From assembly GCA_963805855.1 (NCBI GenBank), contig CAWDVW010000004.1, positions 18,935-82,934 of the forward strand: a DNA stretch of 64,000 nucleotides. Reading direction: 5' to 3'. The notes beneath the pieces were generated by a model. It worked only from the letters and a program-made list of their open reading frames with translations, was not told the DNA's origin and made no database searches. Below, piece after piece: positions 1-9,857 of the stretch. How positions within the stretch are numbered: the first letter of the stretch is position 1; every line of letters starts with the position of its first letter. This stretch comes from Candidatus Dadabacteria bacterium (GTDB taxonomy: Bacteria > Desulfobacterota_D > UBA1144 > Nemesobacterales > CSP1-2). The position numbers and the translations under genes were made by a program.

Positions 1-13
1 AGGAGATAACATC

Positions 14-172
14 ATGCCTATAGGCGCGATTTTAATTATCATCTTAATTCTGATCCTAATAGGAGTGATTCCAGTATGGCCACACGCTAAAAGTTGGGGC
101 TATACACCCGGTGGGATAGTCGGACTGATACTGGTAATATTGGTTATATTGTGGTTATTAGGAAAGCTCTAA
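14..172 (+). CDS. DUF3309-family small membrane protein (52 aa), not in ORF track
   Basis: AGGAG RBS, then MPIGAILIIILILILIGVIPVWPHAKSWGYTPGGIVGLILVILVILWLLGKL; PxWPHxxxWGYxPxG signature. Confidence 0.85.
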   Translation: MPIGAILIIILILILIGVIPVWPHAKSWGYTPGGIVGLILVILVILWLLGKL

Positions 173-419
173 ACATGCCTCATCACTAATCCCGTCTAAG
201 GACACTGTTGGGAGCAAGGGGCTGTACTTCTCCCCGTATGTCAAGTATCTTTATAATGTCAAGTATGATTCTTGTACTCAGTGCATAACTCCGATACGGG
301 CAGGAAGGGAATGAACTTAACATTTATTATCCTAAGAGTCTTCAGAGGCCTCAGTGAGATAATAACAAAAATAATATCACCAAGTTTGAAACAACATCAA
401 ACCTTCTTAGGGGGATCAG

Positions 420-1754
420 ATGATTAAGAACCTATTTACGCTAATTATCTTAGTCCAACTTTTGATATTTATAGGTTGTGACGAGGCCAATAACGTTGTT
501 AATGATATTGTGAATGTTGGACCAAGAAAATATGTCGCAGTCGGTGATAGTCTTACCACGGGGATTCAATCAAATGGCTTGGTGATAGATTTCCAGCAGC
601 ACAGCTTTCCGTTTTTTATTGCACAGCAGCTTGGAGTTGGTGATTTCGAACAGCCTTTGATTGGTAGACCGGGCATAGGCGCAAATCCCGGGAAGACACC
701 CTTGATGTTTAGAAATGGTGAAATTGTAGAAGACGATTTACAGGTCGAAGACATTTTTGATTTGGCAATAAATGCGCTCTTGCCGAGACCATACGACAAC
801 TTGGGGATCCCAGGCGATGCCCTTTTTGACATCGATGATAATGCAAGGATCGATGATTTGCGTTTTTTAATTTTACGAGGAATGGGATCACAGCTGGACC
901 AGGCTATCAATTTAGATCCTGAGATCATTTCGTTCTGGATTGGAGGTAATGATGTTATAAGTGCTGCGTTACATGGGGGGGACCTAAATAGGATCACACC
1001 GAAAGAAAAATTCGATGCCGAGTATAGAGACTCATTGACAAAGTTACGAAACAACACATCTGCATCGATAGTGGTTGCTAACATTCCCGATGTTGTAGAC
1101 ATTCCTTTCATTAACTTTTTCGATAGGATTTTCAGAACCATTCCGGCTTTGGGGATTAACACCCCTGTCCCGGTATTGTATGATCAGAATTTTCAGCCCA
1201 TCGATTTTGGGGATGGCCTGTTTATCCCAATTCTGACCAATGAGAGCGATGTGGTTCATCTATTACTTTCGTCCCGCAGGCCATATGAAAACGATGGTAT
1301 TGGGATCCCAGACCTCAATGCACTTATTGACTTGGGTTTTACAATGGACGATGCAGAGCAATTGATGATGGAAATTCAAAATAATGGTTTAGTTCCATCT
1401 GGCATGCCCTTTAATGGTGAGTTCACATTAACATCTTCAGAACAAGATATCATTCAAAATACTGTGGAGGAGTTTAATTCATCGATCTCTGATATCGCAT
1501 TCGATTCGAATGTGCCAGTGGTTGATGCTAATACGCTCCTATCAAAGATTAACAATGAAGGTATTGATGGTTTTACTGGAGAATTCGTACTGGTCGATAA
1601 TGTGAATACTGCGTTCAGTCTTGATGGGGTCCATCCAAATAATGCCGGATATGCAATAATAGCGAATGAATTCATAAAGGTCATGAATGACTCTTTTGAC
1701 ATGAATATCGCACTTATAGGCACCGATCAGTTTAGAGGTCAGTATGCCAATTGA
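420..1754 (+). CDS. SGNH/GDSL-family hydrolase lipoprotein
   Basis: Lipobox-like IFIGC; GDSLT block I, WIGGND block III, DGVHP block V. Confidence 0.85.
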   Translation: MIKNLFTLIILVQLLIFIGCDEANNVVNDIVNVGPRKYVAVGDSLTTGIQSNGLVIDFQQHSFPFFIAQQLGVGDFEQPLIGRPGIGANPGKTPLMFRNGEIVEDDLQVEDIFDLAINALLPRPYDNLGIPGDALFDIDDNARIDDLRFLILRGMGSQLDQAINLDPEIISFWIGGNDVISAALHGGDLNRITPKEKFDAEYRDSLTKLRNNTSASIVVANIPDVVDIPFINFFDRIFRTIPALGINTPVPVLYDQNFQPIDFGDGLFIPILTNESDVVHLLLSSRRPYENDGIGIPDLNALIDLGFTMDDAEQLMMEIQNNGLVPSGMPFNGEFTLTSSEQDIIQNTVEEFNSSISDIAFDSNVPVVDANTLLSKINNEGIDGFTGEFVLVDNVNTAFSLDGVHPNNAGYAIIANEFIKVMNDSFDMNIALIGTDQFRGQYAN

Positions 1755-1819
1755 ATTAATTAACATTACATATCTAAATACTCGGCGACCTTATAAACTT
1801 AATCAAAGTCTGTAGCAAC

Positions 1820-1930
1820 TGTACTGCTTCCCCTTTGTCAAGCTGGGTTTAAGATAACGGTGTTATTCCCACACTGGCCCTGCGTGAAAATGCTCAAGCA
1901 CCGCGTGAAACTCAGGTGGTGATATATAAA
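1820..1930 (-). mobile_element. IS3-family right-end remnant
   Basis: Terminus TGTACTGCTTCCCCTTTGTCAAG (IS150-like); minus-strand YISPPEF resembles the OrfB C-terminus. Confidence 0.5.
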
Positions 1931-2065
1931 CCCGCTTTCAACGAATTCAAACAATTGACGCTATACTTATGTAATGTACCAGAGGGATGGGCAAGTATAT
2001 ATCAAATTTGTAAGGTCTGCAGAGAAAAATACACTTCAGAATATGATTAGGGGAAGAATAGAATT

Positions 2066-2247
2066 TGTCTCGTCCTGATATAACTTTACAGTTATCTAGT
2101 AAAAGTTATGAGAAAAAGGCTCAAAAAAGTATTAGAGATTCCCCTTAAGACTTACTGCTCCTACTCGGAAAGCTTTAAGATCAAGGTAGTAAAAGAGGTA
2201 GAAGCGGGGGTAATCACCAAAGAGCAGGCCCGCCGTAGATATGGCAT
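2066..2247 (+). mobile_element. IS3-family left end plus truncated orfA, interrupted by a second IS
   Basis: TGTCTCGTCCTGATATAACTTTACA end; ATG 2108 gives YSESFKIKVVKEVEAGVITKEQARRRYGI (HTH transposase), cut at 2247. Confidence 0.7.
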
Positions 2248-2860
2248 TGGCCTGTCCCCCTATAATAGGACCATAAGTCTAAGTTAGATTTTTGGTAAAT
2301 AACCCTATATATAGGAGGTCATGCTATGGCCAGAAAGCGGTACAAACCAGAGCAGATAGTAAGGCTACTTCGTCAGGCAGATGTACTTTCGTCACAGGGC
2401 AGGAATATATCTGAGATATGCCGGGATATCGGGGTAACAGAGAACACCTATTATCGCTGGAGAAAAGAATACGGGGGTATGTGGATGGATCAGGCAAGAC
2501 GGTTGAAAGAGCTTGAGGGAGTGGATTGGTAGTTTGGGTGTTAGGACAGCATATATAGAGCCTGGGTCGCCGTGGGAGAATGGATACAATGAGAGCTTTA
2601 ATGGAAAGCTTAGGGATGAGTTGCTAAACCGGGAGATCTTTTACAGTTTGAAGGAAGCACAATTACTGATTGAGCAGTGGAGAAGACACTACAATGAAGT
2701 AAGACCTCACAGTTCACTTGGATACAGACCACCGGCTCCGCAGGTTATCGTATCCAGTAATAAAACTAAGACACACGACGGCACATATCTTTCAACTCAT
2801 TAGAGGCTGAAAATGAAAAAATCTAACTTTAAAGGTGGACCTAAATTCGGGGGCTTGACA
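2248..2860 (+). mobile_element. Internally deleted IS3-family (IS407-like) element
   Basis: Left end TGGCCTGTCCCCCTATAATAGGACCA; right end GGACCTAAATTCGGGGGCTTGACA; orfA N-terminus (2326-2532) abuts orfB C-terminus ([26 protein letters not shown]; 2513-2803). Confidence 0.85.
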
Positions 2861-2980
2861 TCGCGGGCATAGTATTCGGCGTTTTGGGTCTTGCTGGTGA
2901 AAAGGGACATGGGCAGGAAAAGGACACCTAAAAACCCCCTTGTTAAATAAGAGAAAATGGGGTTTAAGGAGAACATTGCT

Positions 2981-5900
2981 GTGAAAACCATGAAAGTCGC
3001 CATTACGCTCTCCCCACGGGACTATGACGCGGTCCTGTTCGATCTCGACGGGGTGCTGACCAGGACGGCGCGTGTGCATGCCGCGGCCTGGAAAAAGCTG
3101 TTCGACGGTTTTCTCAAGCAGCGGGCCACCCAGGCAGGCGAGCCGTTCGTCCCCTTTGCTATCGCCACCGACTACCCGCGCTACGTCGACGGCAAACCGC
3201 GTTACGACGGTGTGGCAGACTTTCTTGAGTCACGCGGGATCGAATTACCGTTGGGTGAATCCGAAGACGGCCCCGACGTGCAAAGCGTGCGAGCGCTGGG
3301 CAATCTGAAGGACCGGTATTTTCTGGAACACCTGGAGCAGGACGGCGTCGAAACCTATGAAGCCGGGATCGCGCTGGTGCGTGAACTCCGGGCGCAGGAG
3401 CTCAAGACCGCCGTCGTCTCATCCAGCAACAACTGCGCGGCGGTGCTCGAGAAAGCCGGCATCGCGCAATTGTTCGAGGAGCGCGTGGACGGGAAGGACG
3501 TCACCCGCCTCAAGCTCAAGGGTAAGCCGGCTCCGGATGCTTTTCTGGAGGCGGCACGACGCGTTGGGGTAGAACCTTCGCGTGCCGTCGTGGTGGAGGA
3601 CGCGGTCGCAGGCGTCGAAGCCGGGCGCGCAGGAGGCTTCGGCTGCGTCATCGGCGTCGATCGCGGCGGGCACGCGAAGGCGCTGCGCGAGGCCGGCGCC
3701 GATTTCGTCGTGACCGATATGGCGCAAGTCCGGGTAGAAGTGGAACCGGTATCCGCGTGGTCACTCGTGTTTGAGGGTTTCGACCCGGCACAAGAGGGTA
3801 TCCGCGAGGCCTTGTGCACTCTGGGGAACGGCTATTTCGCTACGCGCGGCGCCGTTGCCGGGGCTGTGGCGGATGGCATTCACTATCCGGGGACCTATCT
3901 CGCCGGCGGCTACAACCGGTTGCGCACCGACCTTGCCGGTCGCGTGGTCGAGAACGAGGACCTCGTGAATTTCCCCAACTGGCTCGCGCTCGAGTTTCGT
4001 ATCGACGGGGAGGACTGGTTCGAGGTTAGGGCCGCCAGGCTTCTGTCGTACCGCCAGGAACTCGATCTGCGGCAGGGCATGCTGTTACGGAGCATCAACT
4101 TCGAGGACGGCCAGGGGCGGCGCAGTACGCTCAAGGAGCGGCGATTGGTCTCGATGGCGGACATGCACCTGGGAGCGCTGGAATTGGCGCTGACCGCCGA
4201 CAACTGGTCGGCAGGCGTCACGGTGCGTTCGACGCTCGACGGACGCATCGTCAACGCGGGCGCAAAGCTGTACCGCAAGTTCAACAACAGACACCTGGAG
4301 CCGCTGGCAGGAAAGGCAGTCGGCGAGGACAGCGTGAGCCTGCTGGTGCGCACCTGTCAGTCGAATATTCATGTCGCGCAGGCGGCGCGAACGCGAGCGT
4401 TCCTCGACGGACAGCCTCTCGAGGTCCGGCGCCGGACCATCGAGGAACCGGGATACATCGGGCAGGAACTTACCGTCGACGTCAAGCAAGGTAAGACATT
4501 GGTGCTGGAGAAGCTGGCCTCTTTCTATACGTCGCGCGACCACGCCATTTCAGAGTGCGGGCTGGAGGCGCGAAAGGCGATCGCGCGCGCGGGCCGCTTC
4601 GATGCCGTGATGGCGGACCATGTGCATGCCTGGAAGCACCTGTGGAGCCACTTCGAGGTGCGCATCTCGCCGGCCGATCCCGGGTTCAAGTTAAGCGTCC
4701 CAATGCTGCTTCGAATGAACATGTTTCACCTGCTCCAGGCCGTATCACACAACTCTATCGGACTCGATATCGGCGTACCCGCGCGGGGCTGGACCGGGGA
4801 AGCGTATCAGGGCCATGTATTCTGGGACGAGCTGTTCATCTTCCCGTTTTTCAATTATCGAATGCCCGAGATCACCCGGTCGCTCCTGATCTACCGCTAC
4901 CGGCGCCTGGGCGAGGCGCGTGCCGCGGCCGCAGCAGCCGGGTACAAGGGCGCGATGTTTCCCTGGCAGAGTGGAAGCGATGGCCAGGAGGAGACCCAGG
5001 CGTTTAACCTGAACCCGCGCTCGCAGCGCTGGGTGCCCGACAACTCCTATCTCCAGCGCCACGTCAACAGCGCCATCGCCTATAACGTGTGGCAGTACTT
5101 CCAGGTCACGCACGACGTCGAGTTTCTGCATTCCTACGGCGCGGAGTTGGTCTTCGATATCGCCCGCTTCTGGTCGAGCATCGCGAGCTTCGATGACGAG
5201 CGCGGGCGCTACGAGATCCGCGGCGTGATGGGTCCCGACGAGTTTCACGACGGCTATCCGGCTGCCGCAACGCCCGGCCTCAACAACAACGCCTATACCA
5301 ACATCATGGCCGTTTGGGTGCTTTGCCGGGCGCTGGAGGCGCTCAAGCTGCTGCCCGATGTGCGCCGCGAAGAGCTCACGACGCGGCTTGGCTTGTCTGC
5401 GAAGGAGCTCGCGCGTTGGGGCGATATCACGCGCCGGATGTATGTGCCGTTCCATGACGACGGGATCATCAGCCAGTTCGAGGGCTACGAAAAATTGCAT
5501 GACCTCGATTGGGAGGACTACCGGGCCCGGTACGGCAATATTCAGCGACTCGATCTCATACTCGAAGGGGAGAACGACAGCGCAAACCGCTACAAGCTTT
5601 CGAAACAGCCCGACGTCCTGATGTTGTTCTACCTGTTTTCCGCCGAGGAACTCCGCGAACTGTTCGAGCGTCTGGGCTATCCGTTCGAATACGAGACCAT
5701 TCCGCGAAACATCGCCTATTATGCCGGCCGCTCGTCCCACGGGTCCACGCTCTCCCGGGTGGTGTATGCCTGGGTCCTGGCGCGTTCCGACCGGCCGCGC
5801 GCGATGGACTTCTTCGCACAGGCGCTGCGGAGCGACGTGGGCGATGTCCAGCAGGGCACTACCGCGGAGGGCATCCACCTCGGCGCCATGGCGGGAACCG

Positions 5901-6250
5901 TCGATCAGGTGCAGCGCGTATCGACGGGCATCGAAGCAAGAGGCGATGTTCTGCACCTTGCTCCGGAATTGCCGCAGGAGATGGAGCGCCTCGACATGCG
6001 CATACGTTACCGCGGGCATTCGCTCGATCTGCGGTTGACGCGTGACTCGCTAACGGTCCGCGGCCGTGATGGCGCGGCGCCGCCGATTTCCTTATGCGTC
6101 GACGGCAAGGTCAGCGAATTCGTCAGCGGCACCACCCGTGTCTTTCGATTGAACGACGAGCCAACGGATGACGCAATTGTCAAAAAGACCCGGCCTGCGG
6201 ACGCTGCGGCGTTACTGCCGGATGTCGATAACACGGGAAGGACCAAATAA
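2981..6250 (+). CDS. Beta-phosphoglucomutase-like HAD fused to GH65 trehalose/maltose phosphorylase-hydrolase
   Basis: FDLDGVL, GKPAPD, VEDA HAD motifs; LGNGYFATRG, GHVFWDE, GPDEFH, KQPDV, EGIHLGAMAG GH65 motifs; GTG start after AGGAG. Confidence 0.9.
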   Translation: MKTMKVAITLSPRDYDAVLFDLDGVLTRTARVHAAAWKKLFDGFLKQRATQAGEPFVPFAIATDYPRYVDGKPRYDGVADFLESRGIELPLGESEDGPDVQSVRALGNLKDRYFLEHLEQDGVETYEAGIALVRELRAQELKTAVVSSSNNCAAVLEKAGIAQLFEERVDGKDVTRLKLKGKPAPDAFLEAARRVGVEPSRAVVVEDAVAGVEAGRAGGFGCVIGVDRGGHAKALREAGADFVVTDMAQVRVEVEPVSAWSLVFEGFDPAQEGIREALCTLGNGYFATRGAVAGAVADGIHYPGTYLAGGYNRLRTDLAGRVVENEDLVNFPNWLALEFRIDGEDWFEVRAARLLSYRQELDLRQGMLLRSINFEDGQGRRSTLKERRLVSMADMHLGALELALTADNWSAGVTVRSTLDGRIVNAGAKLYRKFNNRHLEPLAGKAVGEDSVSLLVRTCQSNIHVAQAARTRAFLDGQPLEVRRRTIEEPGYIGQELTVDVKQGKTLVLEKLASFYTSRDHAISECGLEARKAIARAGRFDAVMADHVHAWKHLWSHFEVRISPADPGFKLSVPMLLRMNMFHLLQAVSHNSIGLDIGVPARGWTGEAYQGHVFWDELFIFPFFNYRMPEITRSLLIYRYRRLGEARAAAAAAGYKGAMFPWQSGSDGQEETQAFNLNPRSQRWVPDNSYLQRHVNSAIAYNVWQYFQVTHDVEFLHSYGAELVFDIARFWSSIASFDDERGRYEIRGVMGPDEFHDGYPAAATPGLNNNAYTNIMAVWVLCRALEALKLLPDVRREELTTRLGLSAKELARWGDITRRMYVPFHDDGIISQFEGYEKLHDLDWEDYRARYGNIQRLDLILEGENDSANRYKLSKQPDVLMLFYLFSAEELRELFERLGYPFEYETIPRNIAYYAGRSSHGSTLSRVVYAWVLARSDRPRAMDFFAQALRSDVGDVQQGTTAEGIHLGAMAGTVDQVQRVSTGIEARGDVLHLAPELPQEMERLDMRIRYRGHSLDLRLTRDSLTVRGRDGAAPPISLCVDGKVSEFVSGTTRVFRLNDEPTDDAIVKKTRPADAAALLPDVDNTGRTK

Positions 6251-6271
6251 AAAAACAACCGGAGATCCGCT

Positions 6272-8380
6272 ATGAAGGAACACGAAACCAAAGATAAACC
6301 CGAAACTAAGCCGGCGCAAGACGAGGTGACCGGGAAGGCACGCGTCATGCAGCAGAAGGCAGGTCATCCGCAAGGACACGACATGCATAATTCGTCGAAG
6401 ACCGAAACTAAAATGGCGCACGCCGGACCCGACCACCATGCCCACATGGCGGCGGATTTCAGGAAGCGGTTCTGGATCTCGCTGGCCCTGACACTGCCGA
6501 TCCTCGTCCTCTCGCCGCTGCTCCAGAAGCTTGTGGGTCTGAGTGAAGGCATCCGTTTTTCCGGAGATCTTTACGTCTTGTTTGGCTTTGCCTCAACGGT
6601 CTTTTGGTATGGCGGCTGGCCGTTCCTCAAAGGGCTGTTTGAGGAACTCAAATCCCGGCAGCCCGGAATGATGACGCTGGTAGCTGTCGCCATCACCACA
6701 GCCTATGTTTACAGCAGCACTGTAGTGTTCGGCCTGACCGGCAAGATGTTCTTTTGGGAACTGGCTACCCTCGTTGACATCATGCTGCTGGGGCACTGGA
6801 TCGAGATGAAGTCAGTGATGGGCGCATCAAAGGCCCTGGAGGAACTGGCCAAACTGATGCCCTCCGACGCCCACAAACTCATGCCCGACGGCAAAGTGAA
6901 GGATGTGCCACTTGGCGAACTCGCGGTGGATGACAAAGTTCTGATCAAACCAGGTGAGAAGATTCCCGCCGACGGACTTATCGTGGAGGGCGAGAGTTCG
7001 GTCAATGAGGCGATGCTCACCGGGGAATCAACCCCGGTCAACAAGAAGACCGGCGGCAAGGTCATCGGTGGCTCCATCAACGGCGAAGGCTCGCTCACCA
7101 TCGAGGTCAAAGGCACGGGCAAGGATTCGTTTCTGTCGCAGGTCATCGACCTGGTCAAGCAGGCGCAGGAAAGCAAATCAAAGACCCAGGACCTTGCCAA
7201 CACCGCGGCGCTGTGGCTAACCATCGTTGCCTTGGGGGGAGGCGTGATTACCTTCTTTATCTGGCAGGTTCTCATGAGCAAGGAATTTGCCTTTGCCATC
7301 GAGCGCAGCATCACCGTCATGGTCATTACCTGTCCGCACGCCCTCGGTCTTGCCGTGCCTCTGGTGGTAGCCGTCTCCACGGCCTTGGCCGCAAAAAACG
7401 GCCTGCTCATTCGTAATCGCGTTTCTTTTGAAGGCGCCCGTAAAATGCAGGCCGTTATTTTTGACAAGACCGGTACGCTCACAGAGGGCCGCTTTGGCGT
7501 AACCGACACACTGGTACTTTCGCAGGACATCGACGAAGAAACGCTGCGCAAGTACACGGCCTCTGTGGATGCGAATTCCGAACATCCCATAGCCAGGGCT
7601 ATCGCAGCTTCTTCGGAAAAGAAGCTGCCCGTCGAAAATTTTAGAAGCATCCCGGGCAAAGGCGCCGAGGGGCGGGTCGAAGGCAAAGACATCAAGGTGG
7701 TTAGCCCGGGCTTCTTGCACGAACAGAACACCGATCTCACGGACCAGCGCGTCGCGCCCCTGCAAGCCCAAGGCAAGACGGTCGTGTTTGTACTTGTTGA
7801 CGGGAAGTTGAAAGGAGCGATTGCCTTGGCCGACATCGTCCGGCCAGAAGCCAAGCAAGCTATTGATGCCCTTAAGGCGTTGAACATCCGTTGCATGATG
7901 CTTACCGGCGATAACAAAGCGACGGCCAAATGGGTCTCGGACCAAGTCGGACTGGATGAATACTTCGCCGAAGTCCTGCCCCAGGACAAAGCCGCCAAAG
8001 TGAAAGAGGTCCAATCCCGTGGCGTGTCGGTGGCCATGACTGGCGACGGCGTGAACGATGCCCCTGCGCTGGCGCAGGCTGATGTGGGCATCGCCATTGG
8101 CTCGGGCTCTGATGTGGCGGTGGAAACAGCCGACGTTATTCTGGTGCGGAGCAATCCGCTGGATGTCGTGGCCATCGTAAAGCTTTCTCGCGCCACGTAT
8201 CGGAAGATGATTCAGAACCTTCTCTGGGCCACGGGCTACAACGTCGTAGCCATTCCTTTGGCCGCAGGCGCGCTGTACGTGTGGGGTGTCCTGCTCAGTC
8301 CCGCCATGGGAGCGGTGTTGATGTCAGCGAGCACGGTGATTGTGGCTATCAATGCGCGGTTGCTGAGACTGAAGAAATGA
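6272..8380 (+). CDS. copB: Copper-translocating P1B-3 ATPase (CopB type)
   Basis: His-rich N-terminus, TGES, CPHALGLA, DKTGT, HP, GDGVNDAP, YN and MSAS. Confidence 0.9.
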   Translation: MKEHETKDKPETKPAQDEVTGKARVMQQKAGHPQGHDMHNSSKTETKMAHAGPDHHAHMAADFRKRFWISLALTLPILVLSPLLQKLVGLSEGIRFSGDLYVLFGFASTVFWYGGWPFLKGLFEELKSRQPGMMTLVAVAITTAYVYSSTVVFGLTGKMFFWELATLVDIMLLGHWIEMKSVMGASKALEELAKLMPSDAHKLMPDGKVKDVPLGELAVDDKVLIKPGEKIPADGLIVEGESSVNEAMLTGESTPVNKKTGGKVIGGSINGEGSLTIEVKGTGKDSFLSQVIDLVKQAQESKSKTQDLANTAALWLTIVALGGGVITFFIWQVLMSKEFAFAIERSITVMVITCPHALGLAVPLVVAVSTALAAKNGLLIRNRVSFEGARKMQAVIFDKTGTLTEGRFGVTDTLVLSQDIDEETLRKYTASVDANSEHPIARAIAASSEKKLPVENFRSIPGKGAEGRVEGKDIKVVSPGFLHEQNTDLTDQRVAPLQAQGKTVVFVLVDGKLKGAIALADIVRPEAKQAIDALKALNIRCMMLTGDNKATAKWVSDQVGLDEYFAEVLPQDKAAKVKEVQSRGVSVAMTGDGVNDAPALAQADVGIAIGSGSDVAVETADVILVRSNPLDVVAIVKLSRATYRKMIQNLLWATGYNVVAIPLAAGALYVWGVLLSPAMGAVLMSASTVIVAINARLLRLKK

Positions 8381-8444
8381 CCAAGCTATTGATGAGCTGC
8401 CAACAGCGCAGGCGAAACCTGAAAAAACAGGGGATGACCGGCAC

Positions 8445-9736
8445 ATGAGCAAATCAGGCGACGGCAAGATCGGGTTGTGGGCGGTGGTTGCCATCGGCGT
8501 CGGCGGGATGGTTGGAGGCGGGATTTTTGCGGTGCTGGGCTTGGCCGTGCAACTGGCGCACGGCGGCACGCCGGTGGCCTTTGCGCTGGCGGGCGTGGTG
8601 GCGCTGCTCACGACGTATTCGTACGCAAAGCTTTCGGTGGCTTATCCGAGCCGGGGGGGACGGTCACGTTCCTGGATCGCGTTTACGGGGCGGGTATGTT
8701 GACCGGCAGCCTGAACGTGCTGCTGTGGCTGAGTTACGTCGTAATGCTGTCGCTGTATGCGTTCGCGTTCGGCAGTTACGGTGCGACGTTTTTGCCGGAG
8801 ACATGGCAAGCGATCGGCAAACATGTGTTGATCAGTCTCAGTGTGATCACGATTTCCGGGTTGAATCTGCTCAGCGCCGAGTTAATCGGCAAAGCGGAGG
8901 GCTGGATCGTGGGTTTGAAAGTGGCGATCCTGCTGTTTTTCGTCGGCGCTGGCCTTGCCGGCGTCAACACTTCCCAAGTCGCGCCAAGCTCCTGGTCGCC
9001 GCCTCTGCAGTTGGCGGCGGGCGGGATGATCATTTTCTTGGCCTACGAAGGGTTCGAGTTGATTGCCAATACGGCGCGGGATGTGCAAGACGCGGCGCGG
9101 ACGCTGCCGCGCGCGTACTACACGGCGGTCGGGTTTGTGATCGGATTGTACGTGCTGGTCGCGCTCGTCACAGTGGGCAATCTCGCGGTGGACAAGATCG
9201 TGGCGGCCGAGGATTACGCGTTGGCGGAAGCGGCTCGACCATTTCTCGGGCAGGCTGGCTTCACGCTGATCGCGGTCGCGGCGGTGTTATCCACCGCCTC
9301 CGCGATCAACGCCACGCTCTACGGCGCAGCGCGATTGAGTTACTGCATTGCGCGCGACGGCGAATTGCCGGCAATGCTGGAGCGAAAAGTGTGGGGTCAA
9401 CCGATGGAAGGACTGTTGATCACCGCCGGGCTGACGCTGTTCGTGGCCAACGTATTTGACCTGACGAGCATTGCGACGCTAGGCAGCGCCGGCTTTCTTC
9501 TGATCTTCGCCGCAGTGAACGCTGCCAACGCGCAGCACGCACCTCATACCGGCAGCCGCGGCTGGATCTCGGTGGCAGGAGCTGTCGCGTGCTTCCTTGC
9601 ACTGGGGGCGTTGGTTTGGCAGACAACCATGACCGCACCCCGAAAGCTGTGGGTACTCGCGGTGATGGTCGCGTTGGCGATGGCGATCGAAGGCGGTTAC
9701 CGGCTGGCGAAACGGGAGATCCGATTGCATGAGTAA
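8445..9736 (+). pseudogene. APC-family amino acid permease, split by a frameshift (real or sequencing error)
   Basis: GGMVGGGIFA, AYEGFELIA motifs; the G7 run at 8653-8659 needs G8 to read YPSRGGTVTF. Confidence 0.8.
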
Positions 9737-9857
9737 CCAACCGGCCGAGGATCAAGTTCGCGCTGTTCGAGCCGGGCTGGCCGCCGCGCCGGTTGTTGCC
9801 CGGCCGGAGACGGTTTGCCGTGTTCTTGGACTTGGCTGAAAAAAGGAGAATTGAACC

